From Candidatus Hermodarchaeum yapensis (GTDB taxonomy: Archaea; Asgardarchaeota; Hermodarchaeia; Hermodarchaeales; Hermodarchaeaceae): a stretch of DNA of 27,715 nt. The notes under the pieces are model-generated. The model had not been told where the DNA came from and searched no databases. It saw nothing but the letters and a program-made list of their open reading frames with translations. The DNA is taken from the NCBI GenBank assembly GCA_016840405.1, contig JAEOSK010000035.1, positions 1 through 27,715 on the forward strand, read 5' to 3'. A program made the position numbers and the translations under genes. Below are positions 8,305-16,888 of this stretch, in pieces (position 1 is the stretch's first letter; the number at the start of each line of letters is the position of its first letter).

Positions 8305-9900
8305 CTAGGTTGAACAGATTGCATAACCTTGTTTAACCGCAATTTGCAGTTTCAAGTAGGTTACATCGGATGCAATAGCGAAGAGTTGAACTTGGACGGA
8401 GGAACGACAAGAAAGAATGACATATGGACCACTGGTGTAAATTTCAATCCAGATAACCGACTGTGGTGGGAACTGAACGATGATTTCACCGGTTTCCTCG
8501 GTGGTTGGTGGAGTCCAATCATTATACTGGGTAAGGGACGCGTCTGACAGTTCACGGGTTTGTACGTGATATGTGGCTTGAGGTGCGCCTTCGAGAGTGA
8601 TGCGACAGCGAATCGTTCTCAGTCCATGATTGGCAACAAGCACAGTGTAATTGTAAAGTCCTTCTCCCTGAGTGGTTAGGTAGGTTAAGTAGTAGGGGAG
8701 GAAGGCCAATGCTGGTTGCGGGATTAAAGTGGTCTGGAGAATGGGATTCCCAGTTACCGTAACGAAGGGTTTCAAGGCATGGTAAATGGGTTTTGGGATT
8801 GTCGGATTCCGCGTGAGTAGGCCAAAGTTCGCTTCTTCGCCAAACAACCCACTAAAATCCGGGTGGACAGGAGCATCTTTGCTTACAGCAAAACAAGTGA
8901 TATTGATTCCTTGGTGAGCTGCCACAGTTAATACTCCGGTGGCATGCAACGCGCCTTGCATTGTTCCCCAACCCACTTCTGATAGAAGATTTAAGCCCCA
9001 TTCATCGAATACACGTTCGATATCGCCATATCCATTGGCTATCAGTACATCTTTGACTACCTGCATTGACAAAACAACTTGAACGGGATTTTCCCAATAG
9101 GAGTGCCAAGAGAAAAAGTCCAAGGGGAGATTGCCTGCACTGACATTGGATAGAAAGTCAGTAGTCCATTGGTGGAGACCAGCATCAGCAAGTCCTGGTC
9201 CACCAATCTTGAAGGTTCCTCCCAGTTGATCAAGACGTTGTGATACGACAGCATATAAGTCAAAGAATTCTTGTGACGAGCCATTCCAGAATGGTTCAAG
9301 GTTGGGTTCGTTCCCAATTTCAACATAATCAATGGAATAGGTGTGACCTGAACCTCCAGGCCAATCCTGAGTGTAATGCATCAACACACGGGCAACCACT
9401 TCTGCATAGACATCATAATTTAGTGGAGGTTTATTGGGCATCCCATCTTGTGCAATGGAGCGCGGGCAACCGTTAAACGTCAGAATGGGTTGGGCACCGG
9501 TTTGGTTGACGACTTCAAAGAGGATGTCGAGATATGTCCAGTTATAGAAGTTCGAGTTCTGGGCATCTGCCATCGATGAGCCGTTGAAAATGGTGTGATA
9601 CCAACCCCATCCTAGCCCCCACGCGAGTTGCGCACCAAATTGGCACCATACCCGCAATCGTTGTAACCCTAAATCACGGAACAAATCATAGCCAACCTGG
9701 TCCTCATACAACCCTGTAACGTCTGGTCCGTAATCGTTAACTCCAACCAGCTGGTTGACCGTCCCAATCACGTCAGTAGTCTGTACCTTAAGTTCTCCAT
9801 CTGGCGGCAATATTACGTAGGTGAGGACGAGCCAACTAACCACACCTAACAGCAGAAACACAGAAACGATGGCTACTATACGCCGTTTCCGCATTATCAC
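8305..9900 (-). CDS. Membrane-anchored glycoside hydrolase, GH39-like (clan GH-A)
   Basis: N-terminal TM helix, YVEIGNEPN (acid/base), KIGGPG, LPLDFFSWHSY, FDEW (nucleophile), FGLL...PKPIYHAL. Confidence 0.85.
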   Translation of the reverse strand: MIMRKRRIVAIVSVFLLLGVVSWLVLTYVILPPDGELKVQTTDVIGTVNQLVGVNDYGPDVTGLYEDQVGYDLFRDLGLQRLRVWCQFGAQLAWGLGWGWYHTIFNGSSMADAQNSNFYNWTYLDILFEVVNQTGAQPILTFNGCPRSIAQDGMPNKPPLNYDVYAEVVARVLMHYTQDWPGGSGHTYSIDYVEIGNEPNLEPFWNGSSQEFFDLYAVVSQRLDQLGGTFKIGGPGLADAGLHQWTTDFLSNVSAGNLPLDFFSWHSYWENPVQVVLSMQVVKDVLIANGYGDIERVFDEWGLNLLSEVGWGTMQGALHATGVLTVAAHQGINITCFAVSKDAPVHPDFSGLFGEEANFGLLTRNPTIPKPIYHALKPFVTVTGNPILQTTLIPQPALAFLPYYLTYLTTQGEGLYNYTVLVANHGLRTIRCRITLEGAPQATYHVQTRELSDASLTQYNDWTPPTTEETGEIIVQFPPQSVIWIEIYTSGPYVILSCRSSVQVQLFAIASDVTYLKLQIAVKQGYAICST

Positions 9901-10037
9901 ATCTCCTTATCCAAGTTCTTACCATCTCTTCTCTTTTTAGATTAACTTGCATTTACAAAAGAACAAACAGATTTCATGAATTGGTACTGAATTCTCCCAT
10001 CTGTCTCATGGTTTAAATAGGGCGAAGAAATACGAGC

Positions 10038-10724
10038 TTGATTATCAGGAAAACGTGTAGGAAAGTGACCGCCTTCTCAAAACGGGAAAAAGAAGCCAAA
10101 GTTGATCGATTGGCGTGGGAACACATGTATGCCAGAGGTCAGTTTCTCCGTGAACCAATTCATGGGGAAATGACCAACATTGCAAAACGCTTGGAAACTC
10201 GGGGTGTGAAACGGGTTTTAGATTTGGGATGTGGAAGTGGGCGACATACCGTGTTTTTAGCGAAAATGGGATTTGACGTATTTGGGTTAGATCTCGCACC
10301 AACGGGGTTAAGTGAAACCATCCAACAGCTAGCGGAAGCAGGATTAACAGCACATGTAACCCTCTCAGATATTCAGCGGCTTCCCTACGATGACGGGTTT
10401 TTTGATGCTATCATCAGTGTGCAAGTGATTCACCATAATCGCATAAGAGACATCGAGGAAACAATTAGTGAAATGTGGCGCGTCCTCAAACCTGGGGGGC
10501 TAGTCTGGGTGACCGTTCCTGTTCCTCAAGGTCATCCAACAAAACGCGGGGTAGAAGTTGAGCCAAGAACCTTTGTTCCCTTAGAAGGATTCGAAAAGGG
10601 ACTTCCACATCACTTATTTTCAGGAGAGGAACTGCGAACGGTATTTCAAGATTTTGGGATTCTCGATCTTCATGTACACAAAGACCGCCATTACTCGCTG
10701 ATCGCTGAAAAACTCAGTGAGTGA
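10038..10724 (+). CDS. Class I SAM-dependent methyltransferase
   Basis: VLDLGCGSGRH, LPYDDGFFDAI, RVLKPGG. The true start is probably downstream (for example TTG 10110). Confidence 0.9.
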   Translation: MIIRKTCRKVTAFSKREKEAKVDRLAWEHMYARGQFLREPIHGEMTNIAKRLETRGVKRVLDLGCGSGRHTVFLAKMGFDVFGLDLAPTGLSETIQQLAEAGLTAHVTLSDIQRLPYDDGFFDAIISVQVIHHNRIRDIEETISEMWRVLKPGGLVWVTVPVPQGHPTKRGVEVEPRTFVPLEGFEKGLPHHLFSGEELRTVFQDFGILDLHVHKDRHYSLIAEKLSE

Positions 10725-10802
10725 AGAAGTTCGATTTGTATGCCTCGAATGACACCGAAAGATAAATGAGAATGCACCATGCTATCTGCGCTTGGTGATA
10801 TC

Positions 10803-11054
10803 ATGGTAAAATCGGTCACGAAGAAATCTGGCGACACCGAACCGTTCATTAAAGAAAAAATTGTTGTTGCATGTGTCAAATCGGGGGCTCCAATCAGCCT
10901 TGCCCGTGAAATCGCCGCACAAATTGAAGCGGATCCCTCGGAAATCATCGAAACAAAGTATATCCGTCAACGCTCGCTCGAAGAACTTGCTAAAGCAAAT
11001 AAAGCATATCCTGAAAACTGGAGGCGTTACGACCGAACACTAGGTCGCGCATAA
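10803..11054 (+). CDS. Stand-alone ATP-cone domain protein
   Basis: VTKKSGDTEPFIKEKI matches the ATP-cone N-terminal motif (VxKRxGxxExFxxxKI). GGTGA RBS at 10794-10798. Confidence 0.85.
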   Translation: MVKSVTKKSGDTEPFIKEKIVVACVKSGAPISLAREIAAQIEADPSEIIETKYIRQRSLEELAKANKAYPENWRRYDRTLGRA

Positions 11055-11082
11055 CAACTTCAGTTTTAAACGGTCCTGCGAA

Positions 11083-11103
11083 CCCCGTAGTGCTTCACGG
11101 GGC
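11083..11103. terminator. GC-rich hairpin between convergent genes
   Basis: CCCCGT-agtgcttc-ACGGGG between the stop codons of the ATP-cone gene and ogt. Confidence 0.4.
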
Positions 11104-11133
11104 AAGGAAGAGCGAGGTTCAGATCTAGGTGAA

Positions 11134-11688
11134 TTAATAGTAGATATTGTGCATGCTGACTTTTCCAGTATTAGTGAACTGGACACCTTCTTGTGCAAGG
11201 AGTCGCTGTTTCATAGTAATTCCCCTTTGGTAACCACCAAGACTGCCATCCGCGATGATAGCACGATGGCAGGGAATGATTAGGGGAAATGGATTTCGAG
11301 CCAATTCACCCCCCACCACTCGGGCACCATGTCGCATACCAATATGCTTCGCAATGCGTCCATAGGTACTAACCCAGCCTCGGGGAATCGCTGCTTCCGC
11401 GAGTAAAACTCGTTTCTGAGTCTTCGAACAACATTCCCAATTAAGTAATTTGAAATTAAAATCGACGGGGGTTCCATTTAAAAAATCTTGAAGCAGTTTT
11501 CCAAGGGCTAATATCTAGTTGAAGTGCCTGGAATGGCCCGGGAAAATTTCTTGAACATCTTCTCTTCTGCAGGGAGTTTTGGACTCGATAGGAAAATATG
11601 TTGTACTAGGACTTGGGAATCTGGTTCGATCCAAACGATACTCATCTTGTCAAATAATTTCTGGTATCGTCGAATAGTGTTCAATCAT
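11134..11688 (-). pseudogene. ogt: Methylated-DNA--protein-cysteine methyltransferase, frameshifted
   Basis: IPRGWVSTYGRIAKHIG..GARVVG...NPFPLIIPCHRAI..DGSLGGY..G..MKQRLLAQEG. The C-terminal frame is open up to ~11515. Upstream segments (MIEHYSTIP; LFDKMSIVWIEP...) lie in other frames, implying shifts near 11515 and 11660. Confidence 0.8.
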
Positions 11689-11824
11689 TTTGCATTGCTA
11701 TCCTGTAGTGAAATTCAATTGGCACTACACACATCTTTTTGGTTATAATTCTTGAATTTTTATGAAAACTGGGCGGGGAATCGATGTTGTGGATTTTTAT
11801 GGTAGGGAACGTTAGTTTGCAAAC

Positions 11825-12220
11825 ATGAGCTTCCTTATCGATCCTTTTTTGCTCATATTGTGTGGGGCAGTGACTGTATGGTTACGTAATCGGTGGTTGT
11901 ATCGCATTTCACGACATGCCACCAAAATGCTTGGGGTCGTCACGGCTCTGTTGTTTTGGGTTGTGGCAGGATCGCTCTACTTGAACTTGGGGTGGTTCGA
12001 TTGGATCTGGCAATGGACAGGAAGAGCAGTCAACGGACGAGATTTCATGATCAACAGTGGCGTCTTCCAATTTGAATATCTCAATACAGCAGGGCTGATT
12101 GATTTCATCGCATTGTTTCTCTTTTTGCTGTATTCCTTGTGGCTCTATCTGGGCATTTTTTTAGGGTATTTGCTGTTTGGCCAACATGAGCGTCAAACTG
12201 GGATGGTGGGTTTGCTGTAA
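11825..12220 (+). CDS. Hypothetical membrane protein (about 3 TM)
   Basis: 131-aa hydrophobic ORF ending 21 bp upstream of the SDR gene; probably co-transcribed. Confidence 0.75.
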   Translation: MSFLIDPFLLILCGAVTVWLRNRWLYRISRHATKMLGVVTALLFWVVAGSLYLNLGWFDWIWQWTGRAVNGRDFMINSGVFQFEYLNTAGLIDFIALFLFLLYSLWLYLGIFLGYLLFGQHERQTGMVGLL

Positions 12221-12241
12221 CTAGACTCAGAGGGGGGTAGG

Positions 12242-13249
12242 ATGAAGAAACGACAAGTGTTGGTGACTGGTGCCTGTGGCTTCCTAGGGAGCCATTTAGT
12301 GGATGCCCTGTTAAACGTGAAAGGGCTCGCTGTTCGGGCTACAGATGTATCAGAAGCTGATAAGACCTATCTCAATCCAAAGGCAGACTTTATTCCCAGC
12401 AATCTCCGTAATCCCAAATCACTTGAAGCCATCCTCCGCGGAGTTAAGGTTGTGTATCACGCTGCAGCCTTGTTCAGGTATTCAGCAGAATGGGATGACT
12501 TGTATGCCGTAAACGTTGAGGGGACTCAGCACTTATGTCAAACCGCTATTAATGCGGGCGTATCACGACTGATGCTTATGAGTAGTGCTGGGGTATACGG
12601 AATTCCCAGCACGTCTCCTGTTCGAGAGGATGACCCGAAGAACCCGTCTAACCCGTACGATCGTTCGAAATGGGAGCAGGAGCAAATTGTTCAGAAAATA
12701 TGCGCGGATAGCAAATTGGCGATCACAATCTTACGCCCTGCCCCAATCTATGGTCCTCGCAACCGCTATGGTATTGGCACAATTATTAGAATGGTTGCCA
12801 AGGGGCAACTCCAAGTTATCCATAAGAATATGAACACACTGGTGCCTCTTGTTTCAGTATTTGATGTTGTGGGGGCAGCGCTTTATTTGGCTGATTACCC
12901 TGCGGCTGCGGGTGAAGTGTATAACGTTGTGGATGATTCCACATATCGAAAATATGATCTTCTTTCCTATTTGGCACCGCTACTAGAGACAAAAATCCAT
13001 TACAGTCGAGTCTCCCTCCCTCGATTCCTGTTGAAGCTGTTGGCAGCTTGGTCGGAATGGAGGGCTCGACGGGACGAAAATCGTGAACCAAAAGTCGAGA
13101 AGGCTACAATTGACCTCTTGTATAATAATTACTGGTTCAGTAACAAGAAACTGAAAGAAACGGGCTACAAACTGTTAATTCCTGACGCCCGATTTGGCCT
13201 TAAGGACACTATAGGCTGGTATAAACAAAATGATTGGTTGTACATGTAA
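12242..13249 (+). CDS. NAD-dependent epimerase/dehydratase (extended SDR, 3-beta-HSD-like)
   Basis: VTGACGFLG, HAAA, NVEGT, SSAGVYG, YDRSK (YxxxK), LRPAPIYGP. Confidence 0.9.
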   Translation: MKKRQVLVTGACGFLGSHLVDALLNVKGLAVRATDVSEADKTYLNPKADFIPSNLRNPKSLEAILRGVKVVYHAAALFRYSAEWDDLYAVNVEGTQHLCQTAINAGVSRLMLMSSAGVYGIPSTSPVREDDPKNPSNPYDRSKWEQEQIVQKICADSKLAITILRPAPIYGPRNRYGIGTIIRMVAKGQLQVIHKNMNTLVPLVSVFDVVGAALYLADYPAAAGEVYNVVDDSTYRKYDLLSYLAPLLETKIHYSRVSLPRFLLKLLAAWSEWRARRDENREPKVEKATIDLLYNNYWFSNKKLKETGYKLLIPDARFGLKDTIGWYKQNDWLYM

Positions 13250-13391
13250 ACCCGTTTATCACAGAATGTGTAGGCTGCATCTGGTTCAAGAGAATAGAAT
13301 CTGTGGTTGTGATGTCACGCTTTATAAGGGGTAGTTCATTTTATCGTAAGACAAGAACCATATATGGGTTTGAATAATATTCTGAGTATCT

Positions 13392-14003
13392 TTGTTGCAG
13401 GAGGATTTGTTTTTGGCGTCCCCAAGTCAAACTGGTCGAAAATCTGAGGTATTATGGGCTCTACCCTATGTTGTCAGTTTAGCACAGGATGTACTATCGG
13501 GACCCGAGTACATTGAGGCAGAAACGACTGCTGTCTATCTCGTTCGAACGAAACAGTTGCATGACGCCGCAATGAAACGGCTGATAGGTTTAGTGGCCCC
13601 ACCGCCTAAGCATCCATTATCTGAAGCCCAAGAAGCGCTCAAAGGATTACCCCGGTTTACTCGGGGTGCAATTCAGTACTTGGGTGAGTACATTGAGCTT
13701 CTAGTACGGGCTTGGTGCTTTGAGCTCACGGGTGATGCTGCCTCGAAATCGCGGTCACTGGGTGCTAACATTCGCCGGCTAAAACCCAAAAAGTTAGGCA
13801 CCCCCGAAGAACTTGTCGACCAACTCCAACGATATAATTCATTCCTCTATACCCCAGCGAAACACGACTTTACCATATTTAAAGGGCAGCGTCATCGGTT
13901 TACTGCCCGAGAAGCAGTCCTGGTTGCATATATCACGATGAAACTAGCAGAACGAATAATGGAACTATCTTCTGCAGCACGGTTGCAAGCAATTGCTTTC
14001 TAA
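13392..14003 (+). CDS. Hypothetical alpha-helical protein
   Basis: 203-aa ORF with protein-like composition that fills the gap; 4-bp stop overlap with the convergent tsaA. Confidence 0.65.
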   Translation: MLQEDLFLASPSQTGRKSEVLWALPYVVSLAQDVLSGPEYIEAETTAVYLVRTKQLHDAAMKRLIGLVAPPPKHPLSEAQEALKGLPRFTRGAIQYLGEYIELLVRAWCFELTGDAASKSRSLGANIRRLKPKKLGTPEELVDQLQRYNSFLYTPAKHDFTIFKGQRHRFTAREAVLVAYITMKLAERIMELSSAARLQAIAF

Positions 14004-14485
14004 GTTGTATATCGGGGAATGTTATCTCGGAACCAATACGGGACCCGGGCATCATCCACTCTGTCAGATGATGGCATATACGGTTTGATGTCAACCACCG
14101 GAGTGTCATCGAAGGCATCAATCTGATCAATGTAAATGCGGCACCTGCCATTATCGATCTTCTCAATTGCCACAATTGAGAGCCCAATAGGTGTGGGGCG
14201 GACAGGAGACCGACTGGCGAAGACACCTGATAACTCCGAGTTGGATTGGGGAGGATAGTCCTGAAGATGGCTTCGTGATGCCCCGTCATCACGTCCTGTT
14301 ATCCACCACAACACAATGATGTGGGAGAATTTGTCCAATTGATAGGTGGCGTCCCAATATTGCTTGTTTATTTCAATGAAAATTGAACCATCCTCGGGTT
14401 TTCTGACATTTCCGACGCTGCTAGCAACGAGTTCCATATCTGGAGTAATTCGCTGTTCTCTGGAATAAGCTTCGCCTTGAAGCAT
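14000..14485 (-). CDS. tsaA: tRNA (N6-threonylcarbamoyladenosine37-N6)-methyltransferase TsaA/TrmO-like protein
   Basis: FSHIIVLWW, GVFASRSPVRPTPIGLS, IDAFDDTPVVDIKPY. Confidence 0.9.
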   Translation of the reverse strand: MLQGEAYSREQRITPDMELVASSVGNVRKPEDGSIFIEINKQYWDATYQLDKFSHIIVLWWITGRDDGASRSHLQDYPPQSNSELSGVFASRSPVRPTPIGLSIVAIEKIDNGRCRIYIDQIDAFDDTPVVDIKPYMPSSDRVDDARVPYWFRDNIPRYTT

Positions 14486-14548
14486 AGATTTTACTAGGCA
14501 CGATGTCTGTTAGAAACGGGGGGTTCAATAGAGTTCCTTCTCATTTTA

Positions 14549-14564
14549 CGATACACTTATATAA
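14549..14564 (+). promoter_or_regulatory. BRE-TATA promoter candidate
   Basis: CGATACAC followed by TTATATAA (14557-14564), upstream of the small ORF at 14656. Confidence 0.55.
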
Positions 14565-14655
14565 TACTGTAATATTATATTCTCATAGATTGAGATTATT
14601 ATCTAACCTGATGAGTTGGGTTGGACAACAAATCGAAAAAAAACGGTGAAGAAAA

Positions 14656-14748
14656 ATGTTCGCACGAAAAAATAAGGAAAATCATCAAAACCTTCATAGG
14701 CACTATGCACACGCAATCGCATCACGTCTTCGATTAAAAATTGCTTAG
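14656..14748 (+). CDS. Putative 30-aa basic peptide MFARKNKENHQNLHRHYAHAIASRLRLKIA
   Basis: GGTGA RBS at 14645-14649, ATG 14656, TAG 14746-14748; lies between a promoter candidate and a terminator-like hairpin. Confidence 0.5.
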   Translation: MFARKNKENHQNLHRHYAHAIASRLRLKIA

Positions 14749-14843
14749 AACAAATCGGAACCCTAACAGGGTAGTCAGAAGAAAAATCTGGTGCCCAACA
14801 GGGTGGGTGAAAAACTTGGTACGGCTGAATGGCTGGGCCATGT

Positions 14844-14887
14844 GAGGGGCAACACGTCTTGTGTGCCCCTCCCTTTACTCTTTTTTT
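14844..14887 (+). terminator. Hairpin plus T-tract
   Basis: GAGGGGCA (14844-14851) / TGCCCCTC (14864-14871) with inner CAC/GTG, followed by T7 at 14881-14887. Confidence 0.65.
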
Positions 14888-14892
14888 GATTT

Positions 14893-15867
14893 TTATTTGA
14901 TTTTTGGAATCTTTCCTTGGAGTATTTGGGTTAGTGTTGAAGCGTCGATATTTCCTCCAGATACGATGCAGCTTATTATGCCCGTTCCTGCGTGTCCTGA
15001 AATGGCTGCGGCAACAGATACGGCTCCGGCCCCTTCAGCGATAATGGAATTTCGTTCTGCAAGTAGGCGGATAGTTTTCATGGTTTCTTCTATCCCTACA
15101 ACAAGTGCCCCGTCTAGAAGCTCTTGAGCTAATTTCCACATCTCGGGAGAGAGGAACGGATATCCTATCCCTCCCACGAAACTGGGCGTGTAAGGGATCT
15201 GGTCAGGGGTTGTTCCAATCTTGTATGCTGTGGCAAGAGGTGCACAGGTTTCGATTTCAGCTGCGTAAATTTTCACGTCTGGTTTTAGAGGGCGGATGGC
15301 AGAGGCAATCCCACAGGCGAGTCCTCCACCTCCCCAGGGTATGACAATGGTGTTGAGGTCAGGGAGGTCTTCAAGGATTTCTAGCCCGATGGTTCCATTA
15401 CCCGCCATGATCTGAGAATCGCTATATGGGTGGATAAACTTGCCATCCATTCCTTCGTACCGCTGGGTTGATAAGACTGGGAGTGCATCCGAAACTGGAA
15501 GTGGGATTGTTTGAGCCCCTAACCGCTTGATTGCTGCTTCCTTTACGGGAGATATTCCTTCGGGTACAAGGATCGTGCATTTAACGTCTAGTTTGCGAGC
15601 GAACCATGCAAGGGCTTGAGCAAAATTTCCCGAGCTTATTGTCCAGACTCCTTTCTTGAGTTGTTTTGTGTCTGTAAGTTTAATGGCGTTACTAGCTGCA
15701 CGGATTTTAAATGACCGAACGGATTGGAGATTCTCCAGCTTGAGGTAGATGTTAGCCGGTAGCTTATCATCGATTAAAGGAACAAGAGGTGTACGGATAA
15801 TCTCATCTGATATCCGTGTCTGAGCTGCTCTAATCTCCGCCAATGGAATGGGTGTATCCACTTTCAT
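14893..15867 (-). CDS. PLP-dependent serine/threonine dehydratase (fold type II, no regulatory domain)
   Basis: KLENLQSVRSFKIR (PLP lysine), SSGNFAQ, GNGTIGLEI, PWGGGGL, AEGAGA, SGGNID. Confidence 0.9.
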   Translation of the reverse strand: MKVDTPIPLAEIRAAQTRISDEIIRTPLVPLIDDKLPANIYLKLENLQSVRSFKIRAASNAIKLTDTKQLKKGVWTISSGNFAQALAWFARKLDVKCTILVPEGISPVKEAAIKRLGAQTIPLPVSDALPVLSTQRYEGMDGKFIHPYSDSQIMAGNGTIGLEILEDLPDLNTIVIPWGGGGLACGIASAIRPLKPDVKIYAAEIETCAPLATAYKIGTTPDQIPYTPSFVGGIGYPFLSPEMWKLAQELLDGALVVGIEETMKTIRLLAERNSIIAEGAGAVSVAAAISGHAGTGIISCIVSGGNIDASTLTQILQGKIPKIK

Positions 15868-15917
15868 GGCGTGCCCTCTGTTCTCTGTATGCTAAAGGTC
15901 TTTATATTCTCTTCAGA

Positions 15918-16643
15918 TTACGGCTTGAGGGAGGGGAGTTCGGGATAGTCAACAGCTTTGATAGCATCAGGTACATTGGTTTTTGTACCCTTTGTTGTAA
16001 TTAATCGTGATACGGGATGGACCTCCATTCTATGGGCTTCATAGGGAACGAGTAAATCATCGATCGCTTCTCGATCGAGCTTCAATCTCAGCCAGGGCTT
16101 TTCGTCAGCTTGGTGAAGAATTACAGGCATTCGTTTGCGTCTATTGTGCACCTGTTCTAGAAGTGGATTGGCCCAAGTCGTGATGATGGTGAACGTTTTC
16201 AATTCTACCCCGGTTTCGGGGTGAGACCAGTTGTCCCAGAGTCCAGCAAAAGCGAAGGGTTGGCGGTCTTTGAGCTGGATGTAATAGGGGTATGCACGTC
16301 CTTGGTGGTGGCGCCATTCAAAGAAGCCATCAGAAAGGATAAGACACCGGTTAGAATTGATGAGGCTTCGAAATGTGGGTTTGTCGTGTATTGTTTCAGC
16401 TCGAGCATTGAGTGTACGGATTCTAAGTTTATTGGCCGTTACTTCATCTTTCACCCAGTGGGGAATAAGCCCCCAAGTGAGTAGCTGTATTCGATCAGTA
16501 TCTTCTCCTGTGATAACTGGGAGCTGAGGTTTGACAAAACCAGAGATATGATAGATGCGAGAGAATTCTTTGGGTGCGTCCAATTCGGCATGGAAATGCT
16601 TTTCGAGTGTGTCAATATCAGGAACAGTGTAGTGGTAACACAT
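15918..16643 (-). CDS. SOS response-associated peptidase (SRAP/YedK/HMCES family abasic-site crosslinking protein)
   Basis: A start at ATG 16643 gives MCYHY with the required Cys2; WGLIPHW, LNARAET, RCLILSDGFFEW, FAFAGLW, HNRRKRMPVIL. Confidence 0.9.
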   Translation of the reverse strand: MCYHYTVPDIDTLEKHFHAELDAPKEFSRIYHISGFVKPQLPVITGEDTDRIQLLTWGLIPHWVKDEVTANKLRIRTLNARAETIHDKPTFRSLINSNRCLILSDGFFEWRHHQGRAYPYYIQLKDRQPFAFAGLWDNWSHPETGVELKTFTIITTWANPLLEQVHNRRKRMPVILHQADEKPWLRLKLDREAIDDLLVPYEAHRMEVHPVSRLITTKGTKTNVPDAIKAVDYPELPSLKP

Positions 16644-16746
16644 TGACCTGAACCTTCCAAATCTATCTAAATCCACGAGAAGATTACTTTCTATTAAGCG
16701 AGGGGGAATCGGGGAGATTAAATACATTCCTGCATCACTAGGAGTG

Positions 16747-16888
16747 AGGTCCCGGTGTGTGATCCGAGAACCAAGGCGCACGTGACCGGGCAACATCGCC
16801 GGAACGGCGAGTAGAGCCTGTGGACCAGTCAGCATGAGCCGATGGGATGAAGCAGGAAGCCGCATACTTTCAAGGTGCGGTAGTTCAC
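16747..16888 (+). ncRNA. Orphan TnpB-type omega-RNA scaffold / IS200-IS605 right end
   Basis: GCCTGTGGA...GATGAAGCAGGAAGCCGCATACTTTCAAGGTGCGGTAGTTCAC. Subterminal hairpin (16859-16881), TCAC terminus, CCTGT/GCAGG helix, GAAC/GTTC pseudoknot potential. Translates to a TnpB-tail-like EPVD...MKQEAAYFQGAVVH. Confidence 0.7.

Noticed and set aside
11073-11108. Archaeal SECIS element (GAA followed by CCCC/GGGG)
   Set aside because: The opposing A is misplaced and the adjacent genes have no plausible Sec TGA. Treated as a terminator-like hairpin.
14608-14640. Hammerhead ribozyme core (CTGATGA...GAAA)
   Set aside because: Stem II pairs poorly and I could not build stems I/III with an NUH cleavage site.
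14627-14860. CRISPR array
   Set aside because: Repeats are only 8-10 bp in two copies. No regular repeat-spacer pattern or cas genes were seen anywhere in the window.
16644-16865. 73-aa N-terminal extension of the SRAP ORF (15918..16865)
   Set aside because: SRAP needs Cys at position 2 (MCYHY at 16643). The extension is the antisense of the omega-RNA region.
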